64,000 nucleotides of DNA from the sequence record NC_048047.1; one strand, written 5' to 3'. Below are positions 26,055-33,433 of the stretch, piece after piece. The notes beneath the pieces are model-generated. The model saw only the letters and a list, made by a program, of their open reading frames with translations. It made no database searches and was not told where the DNA came from. A program made the translations under genes and the position numbers. Within the stretch, counting starts at the first letter, position 1. Every line of letters begins with the position of its first letter.

Positions 26055-26131
26055 GGTGGTATAGCTCAGCCCGGTAGAGCGGGAGGCTCATTCCCTCCTT
26101 GTCCTAGGTTCAAATCCTAGTGCCACCTCCA
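26055..26131 (+). tRNA. tRNA with CAT anticodon (elongator Met or Ile2), atypical loop
   Basis: Cloverleaf GGTGGTA/TGCCACC, GCTC/GAGC, GGAGG-CTCATTC-CCTCC, CTAGG-TTCAAAT-CCTAG, encoded CCA. Confidence 0.85.
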
Positions 26132-26233
26132 ACCATAGCAGCGCCGTTCCGGTCACTGGGCATTGCGTCCCACACCCACGGCTCAAGGCCCGGCGCCAGG
26201 GCCTTGACGGGGTTGTCCAGACCCGGCACAAGG

Positions 26234-26282
26234 GCAAAAGGAACCCAGCCCCAGGTACGCCTCGGGCTGGGTTTTCCTTTTT
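26234..26282. terminator. Strong hairpin, possible terminator or processing stem
   Basis: AAAAGGAA-CCCAGCCC...GGGCTGGG-TTTTCCTTTT. Confidence 0.55.
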
Positions 26283-26285
26283 ATG

Positions 26286-26362
26286 GATGCCGTGGACTGA
26301 ATGGTTTAGGCGCGAGACTGCAAATCTCGATCATGCGGGTTCGAGTCCCGTCGGCATCTCCA
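26286..26362 (+). tRNA. tRNA-Cys(GCA)
   Basis: Cloverleaf GATGCCG/CGGCATC, CGAGA-CTGCAAA-TCTCG, U73 discriminator, encoded CCA. Confidence 0.92.
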
Positions 26363-26378
26363 CCTCTTCAGGACGACT

Positions 26379-26636
26379 ATGCCGCCCATCCCCAAGCCAT
26401 CTCCTGAGTTCCTGGCCTCGCCCGAGGGGCAGGCCTTGGAAGCGCGTTTCGCTGCGATCAGGGAGAAGCATCGACCGGCCATGGACGCGGTGATCGCGAA
26501 AGCCGCAGCCTACCGGCGCGAAGCGCTCGCCACCCTCAACTCGATCACCGACAAGGCCTTACGCGAGAGCGTGGAGTCCGCGACAGGTTTCACCTTGCCG
26601 GTCAGGATCGTCCTACCGATCCCAGGGTTCAAATGA
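26379..26636 (+). CDS. Hypothetical protein
   Basis: AGGA RBS; followed by a terminator. Confidence 0.55.
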   Translation: MPPIPKPSPEFLASPEGQALEARFAAIREKHRPAMDAVIAKAAAYRREALATLNSITDKALRESVESATGFTLPVRIVLPIPGFK

Positions 26637-26667
26637 AAGCCGCCGACCTCAGGTCGGCGGCTTTTCG
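26636..26667. terminator. Bidirectional terminator between convergent ORFs
   Basis: AAAGCCGCCGACC-tca-GGTCGGCGGCTTTT. Confidence 0.75.
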
Positions 26668-26894
26668 TCTTTCAGGCCTAGGAACTCATCCAGGCTGCCG
26701 GGCGGCCAAGGCTGCATGATCGGGTCAGCCCCGCCGGCATAGAACTTCCCCTGAAGGCTGGGCGAGAACGCCCCCTCGATCCCCGTCGCCAAGGCCATGA
26801 GGTCGAAAGCGTCTCCAGGGCTGAATTTGATCGTCCCCGCCATGGGCTCATCGCTGATGCGACCGCCAGATGGGCGCATATCCTTGATGTTCAT
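26649..26894 (-). CDS. Hypothetical protein
   Basis: GGAG RBS before MNIKDM. Confidence 0.55.
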   Translation of the reverse strand: MNIKDMRPSGGRISDEPMAGTIKFSPGDAFDLMALATGIEGAFSPSLQGKFYAGGADPIMQPWPPGSLDEFLGLKDEKPPT

Positions 26895-27087
26895 GATGTT
26901 CTCCGTCCGCGACCGCCTTACCCGATCTGGGCTCGCCGCGCCACCAGAAATCCGCATTTCACAGAGGGTTCAAGCAGCCGAAGGCTTCCAAAGGGCATTT
27001 CCGCAATAGAAACAGGTACTTGAAGTATTTTTCAGGCTGTGCTATAGTCTCTTCAAGGTCAAAGGGTGGCTTTGACCGTAAGCATGA

Positions 27088-27630
27088 GTGAAAATGATGA
27101 AGGAAGAACGTGATAGCCAGAAGTCTAAGCTCTATAAGGCCGAAAAGGTCTTAAACGATGTGAGCAAGAGACTTGAGACAGTGCCTGAAATTGAAACCTT
27201 TCTTGCCAAGGTCCTTGCGAGGGCGCCTTTACAGGCTCGCTACCCGAAGGAACTGCGCCGCGAGATCGAGGTGAGGGATGGCCGGCGCTGCCGAGCCGCT
27301 CAGGCCTGGACCAATTGGATCAAGATGCCGCGTTGGGCGCGCTGCGAGCACATTGTGCTGCATGAGGTCGCCCACAGTCTGACGATCCGACGCCACGGCT
27401 ATCATGTCGCCAGCCATGGATGGCAGTACGCCGCGATCTACCTGGACCTCGTTCGCTTTGGCATGGGCGTCGAAGCCCATAGGATGCTCAAGGAGAGCTT
27501 CAAGGCCCACAAGGTGCGCTGGACACCCAAGAAGACGCGCACGGCCTCTCCTGAAGTCCTGGAGCGGCTGGCCAAGGCGCGGGCTGCGATGGCGCAACGC
27601 AGGAAGGACCACACGGCAGACGCCGTATAG
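27088..27630 (+). CDS. Putative HExxH zinc metallohydrolase (SprT-like)
   Basis: 'IVLHEVAH...HG..Y' motif. Confidence 0.65.
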   Translation: MKMMKEERDSQKSKLYKAEKVLNDVSKRLETVPEIETFLAKVLARAPLQARYPKELRREIEVRDGRRCRAAQAWTNWIKMPRWARCEHIVLHEVAHSLTIRRHGYHVASHGWQYAAIYLDLVRFGMGVEAHRMLKESFKAHKVRWTPKKTRTASPEVLERLAKARAAMAQRRKDHTADAV

Positions 27631-27853
27631 CCCTCAGGGAGTATCTTCGTCAGGGTCTATGAGGAGAGATGCGCGACCGGCGAGCGGGCGAAGCCCGTGA
27701 GGTGGGAAGCGATCAGGAAAAGGCCTCCCACGACAGTTCCGTGTCGTTGAATGGGGAAACGCCATTCGTGGGAGGCCTGCTTGTCTCAGCGGACAGGCTT
27801 TGCAGTCCAGGCCGCATCGGGCCTGGGCTGTCTAGGGTGAAGCTCCGAGGCTG

Positions 27854-28453
27854 TCAACCCGGCGCGCGGACGATGAGATCGTCCTGGCTCACCATCACCA
27901 GGACACGTGGCTCGTGCTTCAAGGTCGAGGTTTCCCCGCCCCGCACCTGATCGCCCGGAAGGGTCAGTTCCACGTAGCCCATCCTCCAGTCACCGGCGAC
28001 CTCGGCGCCATCGCCGATGTCTCGCTCACCACCAGGATGACCCTTGAGCTTGGCGCGCTGCTTGGTGGTCAGCATCACCTGGAAGTAGGGGAACTCATAG
28101 GCCAGTTCCGCCAGGAATCCGGTGTGCTTTGAGGGATAGTGGACGTTCCCGCCGGGAGTGCGGAAGACCCAGACTTCTTGGTCGCCCAGGCGCTCGGGGA
28201 CCATCAATGCTTTGCGCGCCCGCTCGCGCTCGATGGCCACGGTCTCACGCAGCGCTTCCATCTCGACGAGGGTGGATTGACGAAGGCGCGTCTGTTCGCG
28301 CAGGTCCAGGAACTCGTTGACCGCGTCGAACCGCTCCTGCACTCGCTTTTTGACGCGCTCATAGAGCTTGAGGTCCTGGACCTCGGGCGGCGCGCACAGC
28401 GTCTTGGTCACGTCTGCGAGCTTATCCGCCAAGTCGGCATAGGCATGGCTCAT
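27854..28453 (-). CDS. Hypothetical protein
   Basis: ATGA overlap with the helicase stop; phage-like codons. Confidence 0.6.
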   Translation of the reverse strand: MSHAYADLADKLADVTKTLCAPPEVQDLKLYERVKKRVQERFDAVNEFLDLREQTRLRQSTLVEMEALRETVAIERERARKALMVPERLGDQEVWVFRTPGGNVHYPSKHTGFLAELAYEFPYFQVMLTTKQRAKLKGHPGGERDIGDGAEVAGDWRMGYVELTLPGDQVRGGETSTLKHEPRVLVMVSQDDLIVRAPG

Positions 28454-30330
28454 CCGATGGTCTCCACGATGTTGTCTTCCTTGACCTTCAGAGCCTGGGC
28501 GATGCGTGCGTCCAGCGAGCCGTTGGCCACGAGGTAGTAGATGAAAATCTTGTCGGAGGTCTGCCCGATGCGGCAGACGCGGTCTTCGCACTGCTCCATC
28601 ATCGCCGGCGTCCAATCCAGTTCGACGAACGCCACGTCGTGAGCCGTGGTCAGGGTGTGACCAACGCCCATGGCGTGGATGTTGCCGATGATCACGCGGC
28701 ATCGATCGGTCTGCTGGAAGGCGTCCACCATGTTCTGGCGTTCGCGTTGCGGGACCTTGCCGTAGATGTAGGCCGGGTTGTACTTCTTCAGCCCCTCGAT
28801 CAGGGCCTCGACGACGTCCGTATGGTAGGCGAAGACGACCAGTTTTTCGCCGCCGTCCAGGAAGGTCTTGATCCAGTCGATCGAGGCCTTGACCTTGGCC
28901 ATGCCTAGTTCGCGGCGGACCTGGGCGATCTCCTCAAAGTCGATCTTGACGGCCGGCGGCTCCAGACCCAGGACGGCAGCCGCAAAGTCCATGTTGAGCT
29001 TGCGCGCGTCGGTCTTCTGCTCGCCATCGCCCATCGCCATGTCCAGGCCAAGGGCCTTGGCGCGGTCGGCGATCATCTGGCCCTGGAAGGCCTCGTAGTC
29101 CTCGACGCTGTTGAAGACCTTGTTGGGGTCAGGCGCCGCCATCATGTGTTCGAACAGGCGCAGGCTTTGGCCCAGTTCGTCTTCCTTGGTGACGAGGTCC
29201 CTGATCTCGGCGCTGTCGAGCGCCACGATCGAGCGCGTCTTGGGTGGAAGCTCGGGCAGCACCTCGCGCTTGAGGCGCCGGATCATGAAGGACCGGCGCA
29301 GCTTCTCGCCCAGTTCCTTCAGGTTGGTCGCGCCCGAGGTGTCCAGGCCGTGATGGGTGCGGTAGGCGCCGCAGTAGCGGTAGTAGAACGCCTCCTGATT
29401 ACGTCCCAGGCCTGTTGGATCGAAGGCCTTGACGATCGACCAGAACTCCGCCGGCCGGCTCATCATCGGCGTGCCGGTCAGGAAGACGCGACGACGCGCC
29501 TCGATCGGCTTCCAGGTGACGGGTAGGCGTCGGCCTTTCTTGAAGTCCGCCGGCTGCACACCGCCGCAGATGAACAGGGTCCGCTGGCTATCGGGGGTCT
29601 TCAGCGCATGAGCCTCGTCGCAGACGAGATAGTCCCACTCGCGCTCCTTGATCCTCGGCGTGAACCGATCGAGGATTTCGTAGTTGATGATCACCACGTC
29701 GGTGTCGGGCCAGACGTCGACGCGCTTTACGCGCTTGAAGCGCGGCTTACCGTTCTTGAAGTGACCGTCGGGCACCTTCTCGATGAAGCTCGCCTCGGCG
29801 ATGCCTACGGTCAGGCCCTGGGTCTGCCACTTGACCCATTCGCGGCGCCAGTTCTCCTTCAGCGAGGCTGGTACGACCACGAGCGCGCCGGTGATGGGCG
29901 CATCATCGGTATAGACGCCGATGCTGTTGCCGCCCAGGATCGCCTGGATGGTCTTGCCAAGACCCGGCTGGTCGCCGACCAGCGTGTCCTTGCGCATCAG
30001 GATGTATTCGACGCCCGCCTTCTGGAAGGGGAATGGTCCAATGCCCTGGTCCTTCAGGGCCTGGGGGATAGGCGGCTCGAAGTCGGTGAAGGCCTGATAG
30101 CTGCGCTCCAGGCTGTCGATGGAATGGGAGCGTTGCAGGGATGCGGCGGACATCGCCGCCTCGGTCCACACCACGCCATCGACGGCCGTGGCGATGTCGA
30201 GATTGGCCGCCACCCAGGCGCGCGGTTTGGAGTTGGCGTCCAGGGTGAAGCCGGCCTTCTGCCAGATCGTCCGTTCTTCGTAGGTCCCCAGGCCGACGAA
30301 CCGCCCGTCGCGGTAATCAATCCTGGCCAT
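28450..30330 (-). CDS. SNF2-family (HARP-like) SF2 helicase
   Basis: 'GDQPGLGKT', 'VCDEAH', 'LTGTP', 'MIRRLK', 'MGVGHTL', 'QCEDRVCRIGQ'. Confidence 0.92.
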   Translation of the reverse strand: MARIDYRDGRFVGLGTYEERTIWQKAGFTLDANSKPRAWVAANLDIATAVDGVVWTEAAMSAASLQRSHSIDSLERSYQAFTDFEPPIPQALKDQGIGPFPFQKAGVEYILMRKDTLVGDQPGLGKTIQAILGGNSIGVYTDDAPITGALVVVPASLKENWRREWVKWQTQGLTVGIAEASFIEKVPDGHFKNGKPRFKRVKRVDVWPDTDVVIINYEILDRFTPRIKEREWDYLVCDEAHALKTPDSQRTLFICGGVQPADFKKGRRLPVTWKPIEARRRVFLTGTPMMSRPAEFWSIVKAFDPTGLGRNQEAFYYRYCGAYRTHHGLDTSGATNLKELGEKLRRSFMIRRLKREVLPELPPKTRSIVALDSAEIRDLVTKEDELGQSLRLFEHMMAAPDPNKVFNSVEDYEAFQGQMIADRAKALGLDMAMGDGEQKTDARKLNMDFAAAVLGLEPPAVKIDFEEIAQVRRELGMAKVKASIDWIKTFLDGGEKLVVFAYHTDVVEALIEGLKKYNPAYIYGKVPQRERQNMVDAFQQTDRCRVIIGNIHAMGVGHTLTTAHDVAFVELDWTPAMMEQCEDRVCRIGQTSDKIFIYYLVANGSLDARIAQALKVKEDNIVETIG

Positions 30331-30730
30331 GGGCCGCCTGCTGCGCGCGCGAGGCCAGGATCAGGGCTTCGAGCTTGGTCTGGAGGTATTCGAAGGTGGT
30401 GGGCGCGGTGATCGCCATGCGCGCGCGGTTGGTGCCCACGCCATCGGCCGGCCACACCACGATGCCGCCCTGCTGGACATGCTTGAAGAGGCGGCGCATG
30501 TCCTGGTCGATCATCTTCTTCTGGGCTTCGGTCTCCAGCGGCGCCTCGACGAAGTACATCTCGCCGGGGGTGTACTTGGTGCGGATGCCCACGGCGTTGG
30601 GCTCGCCGCGAAGCTCGGCGGCTTGGCCGCCGTAGCCCTTGCGAGCCACGTTGTCGCCGAAGGCATAGAGCAGGTACGGGTTTCGGCGCGCGTCTTCGCG
30701 CTTGATGATCTTCTGGAAGATGACGGGCAT
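30317..30730 (-). CDS. Conserved phage hypothetical protein
   Basis: 'FGDN...GGQAA..RGEPNAVGI' recalled as a widespread phage family of unknown function. Confidence 0.65.
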   Translation of the reverse strand: MPVIFQKIIKREDARRNPYLLYAFGDNVARKGYGGQAAELRGEPNAVGIRTKYTPGEMYFVEAPLETEAQKKMIDQDMRRLFKHVQQGGIVVWPADGVGTNRARMAITAPTTFEYLQTKLEALILASRAQQAAHGQD

Positions 30731-30836
30731 GCCGCCACCTAAGCGTTAACCATGTTCCGTGTCAAGAATTGCGTCATGAGTAAGGAGGGTTGACTTGGGT
30801 CACATTCCTTGACATGGTGGGGTATTTCGGCCATGC

Positions 30837-31343
30837 TTGCCGGATGAATTGTACTTGCCAGGAGCCCGGCCCGAAGCTGGACCTGATCGAGATTTTCGAT
30901 CGGGATGGCAACCGCGTATGGTATGCGAGGAAGACGTGTCCAATCCACAACCTGATCCTCGCGGTGAGCGAGAAGACCGTGCCGATGACCTCGGACGCCG
31001 AGCCGCCGTCCTCCGCCAAATCCTCGACGACGAGACCCCAGACGGAAGACTGGTCCAGCGTCCGAGCAACCGTCAGAAGGTCGAACAAATTTGCCGAATC
31101 GTCGGCGGAAAGCCCGACCAGTTCGACCTGACCGACGATTTCGACTTCGACCGGCTGATCAGGACGCTCAGCGTCGACAACGCCGTCGCCGGCCTTTATC
31201 TCGCCGACCTGCGCGCCCAGTTCCACGGCCGGCTCCAGGAGTCGCAGGAAGAAGCGGTCAACGAGTGGTGGTTTGAGCAGTTCGATAACATGCTCATCCT
31301 CCTGCGCACCGGGGACGCTCCGCCCAAGAAGCGCCTGCACTGA
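30837..31343 (+). CDS. Hypothetical protein (start uncertain)
   Basis: 3' half has phage-like codon bias; TGATG coupling to next gene. Confidence 0.5.
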   Translation: MPDELYLPGARPEAGPDRDFRSGWQPRMVCEEDVSNPQPDPRGEREDRADDLGRRAAVLRQILDDETPDGRLVQRPSNRQKVEQICRIVGGKPDQFDLTDDFDFDRLIRTLSVDNAVAGLYLADLRAQFHGRLQESQEEAVNEWWFEQFDNMLILLRTGDAPPKKRLH

Positions 31344-31741
31344 TGTCTGTCAAAAAGAACCTGATCCTCTACGCCGATCACGAGACCGGCGGCCTCAAAG
31401 CGCGCGTCATCGGCTCGTTCATGCGTAACGGCCAGACCTTCAACGTCATCGCCCCTGGCTACGACTCCCAAGGACGTCGGCGCCAGTCCTGGACCCAGGT
31501 CTGCGTCGACGACGTGCCTGTGTGGGAATGGAAGCTCAAGGCGCCCGTGGCCGACGTCCTCAAGCAGTTCGACAAGCTGATGTCCAAGTCGATCGGCAAG
31601 AACAAGAAGCTCCTGAAGGCCGCCATCGCCCAGACCCAGGCCAATCGTCGCTCGCGGTTCAGGGATGGTGTTTCAGGTGTAGAGCCCGCGCCGGCCCTGA
31701 CCAGGGACGGGCGCGAAGCGGGTCCCAGCTACGTGGCATAG
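31343..31741 (+). CDS. Hypothetical protein
   Basis: Phage-like codons. Confidence 0.6.
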   Translation: MSVKKNLILYADHETGGLKARVIGSFMRNGQTFNVIAPGYDSQGRRRQSWTQVCVDDVPVWEWKLKAPVADVLKQFDKLMSKSIGKNKKLLKAAIAQTQANRRSRFRDGVSGVEPAPALTRDGREAGPSYVA

Positions 31742-31822
31742 TTAATTCTGCCAGAAGTCTGTTGACTCCTGTCACGAAAGCGCATACCTCTGCTTCACGA
31801 AACGTGACACGGAGACACCCGT

Positions 31823-32551
31823 ATGCGCCCAGCCGCCGATATCGTCCATCTCAACCAGTTGCGGCGCCACGCCCGCCCTTCGACCCTGGCGGCTGCGCGC
31901 CGCGAGCCGGCCAAGACCAAGAAGGGCGTCCTGCACCGCGCCAAAATCCTCACCCCCGCCCAGTTCCAGGAACTGCGGGGTCTGGTCGAGGAAGACAGCA
32001 AGACGCCTGAGCGCGATCTGGTCGGCATCCTCCTGTCCTTCTACTGCGGCCTGCGCGCCCAGGAGATCGCCTACCTGGAATGGGATCGCCACATCCTCGA
32101 CGCCAAGGGCCGCTTCCGCACCACCGTCCTGGAGGATGGCACGGTCCAGCACACGATCTTCATCTCGGGCGACATTGGCAAGCGGGGCCGCGAGCGCACC
32201 CTGCCGATCCCGCCCCAGATGGTCCAGGCGCTGAAGGAACTGCGCGCCCTGCGCCAGACCGACGTCCATGTCTTTCACCGCCTGGACTGCCCTCCTGGCT
32301 ACGGCCCGCTGCTGGCCAACTCGGTGGCCAAGTGGTTTGGGCGCATCTACGAGCGCTACAACTACGACGGTTGCTCCAGCCACAGTGGTCGGCGCACCTT
32401 CGTCACCCAGGCCGCCCGCAAGATGCAGTTCGCCGGCTGCTCGCTGCGCGATGTCCAGATCATGGCTGGCCATGCCAGCCTCGCGACCACGCAGGCCTAC
32501 ATCGAGCCTTCCGAACAGCAAGGCGCGCTGGTATCGAGCCTCTACGACTAA
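31823..32551 (+). CDS. Tyrosine recombinase (catalytic domain only)
   Basis: R in 'GLRAQE', K in 'GKRG', 'HSGRR', 'AGHAS', Y in 'TTQAY'. Confidence 0.9.
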   Translation: MRPAADIVHLNQLRRHARPSTLAAARREPAKTKKGVLHRAKILTPAQFQELRGLVEEDSKTPERDLVGILLSFYCGLRAQEIAYLEWDRHILDAKGRFRTTVLEDGTVQHTIFISGDIGKRGRERTLPIPPQMVQALKELRALRQTDVHVFHRLDCPPGYGPLLANSVAKWFGRIYERYNYDGCSSHSGRRTFVTQAARKMQFAGCSLRDVQIMAGHASLATTQAYIEPSEQQGALVSSLYD

Positions 32552-32574
32552 GTTCCCTCCAAGCAGGAAAGCAC

Positions 32575-33267
32575 ATGAAGGAAGTCCACGGCTACTACGT
32601 CCCAGACAGCGAAACGCGTCTGGACGAAATCTTCAGGGATACGATCGCCCTGGGCCGCCCTGCCTACCAGCACCATAAGCTGGAAGCGGCCCTGGTGCTG
32701 ACCAAGCGCCGGCGCAACGCCATCGACGTCGGCAGCCACATCGGCATGTGGTCGATGCAGCTACTGAGCCACGGCTTCGAGCACGTCTACGCCTTCGATC
32801 CCGATCCGCAGAAGGCCGCGTGCTTCACGGCCAATCTCAAGGCCCATACCCCGGCCCTGGCTGGCGTCTCGCCGGGCGGCTTCCGCCACGTGACCGCTTA
32901 TGGCGTGGGACTAGGCGACAAGCGCCAGAACGTCAGCCTCGTCCAGAAGACCGACACCACCCTGAAGACCCACGTCAAGCCCGATCCGGCGGGGAGCTTG
33001 CAGATTGTGCCGCTGGACGAGTTCGCCTTCCGCGACATCGACTTCATGAAGATCGATGTCGAGGGCTTCGAGACGTTTGTCGTCGCGGGCGCCGAGCAGA
33101 CCATCCGCCATAACCGGCCGGTGATCATCGTCGAGCAGAAGAAGAACGTCGCCGCCAAGCGCTACGGCATCGGCGATCGAGACGCCCTGGTGCTTCTGGA
33201 AGCCTGGGGCTACCGGGTCCACGCCGAGTTCAACGGCGACTTCATCATGGCGCCGCCCACCGCCTGA
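32575..33267 (+). CDS. FkbM-family SAM-dependent methyltransferase
   Basis: 'AIDVGSHIG', 'YAFDP', 'DFMKIDVEGFE', 'RPVIIVE'. Confidence 0.85.
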   Translation: MKEVHGYYVPDSETRLDEIFRDTIALGRPAYQHHKLEAALVLTKRRRNAIDVGSHIGMWSMQLLSHGFEHVYAFDPDPQKAACFTANLKAHTPALAGVSPGGFRHVTAYGVGLGDKRQNVSLVQKTDTTLKTHVKPDPAGSLQIVPLDEFAFRDIDFMKIDVEGFETFVVAGAEQTIRHNRPVIIVEQKKNVAAKRYGIGDRDALVLLEAWGYRVHAEFNGDFIMAPPTA

Positions 33268-33273
33268 ATACCG

Positions 33274-33304
33274 CTCGGAGCCACCTGGAGTGGCTCCGAG
33301 TTTC
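33274..33304 (+). terminator. Intrinsic terminator
   Basis: CTCGGAGCCAC-ctgga-GTGGCTCCGAG-TTT. Confidence 0.65.
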
Positions 33305-33433
33305 CTGTCGTTTCCGACGTCACATGACGCCGAAAATATCCTGTGACGCAAATCTTGACACGGACGCGGAAGTGGTAAATGGTGCCACCCGCAGTGAGGT
33401 TGTCGTACCGACGCCTCCCAGAAAAGTTCCCGC

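Noticed and set aside
26140-26198. Possible D-armless tRNA-like element (GCGCCG/CGGCGC, TGGG/CCCA arm around TGC)
   Set aside because: No D-arm, 8-nt anticodon loop, at most 2-bp T-stem and no TTC motif; too weak to call.
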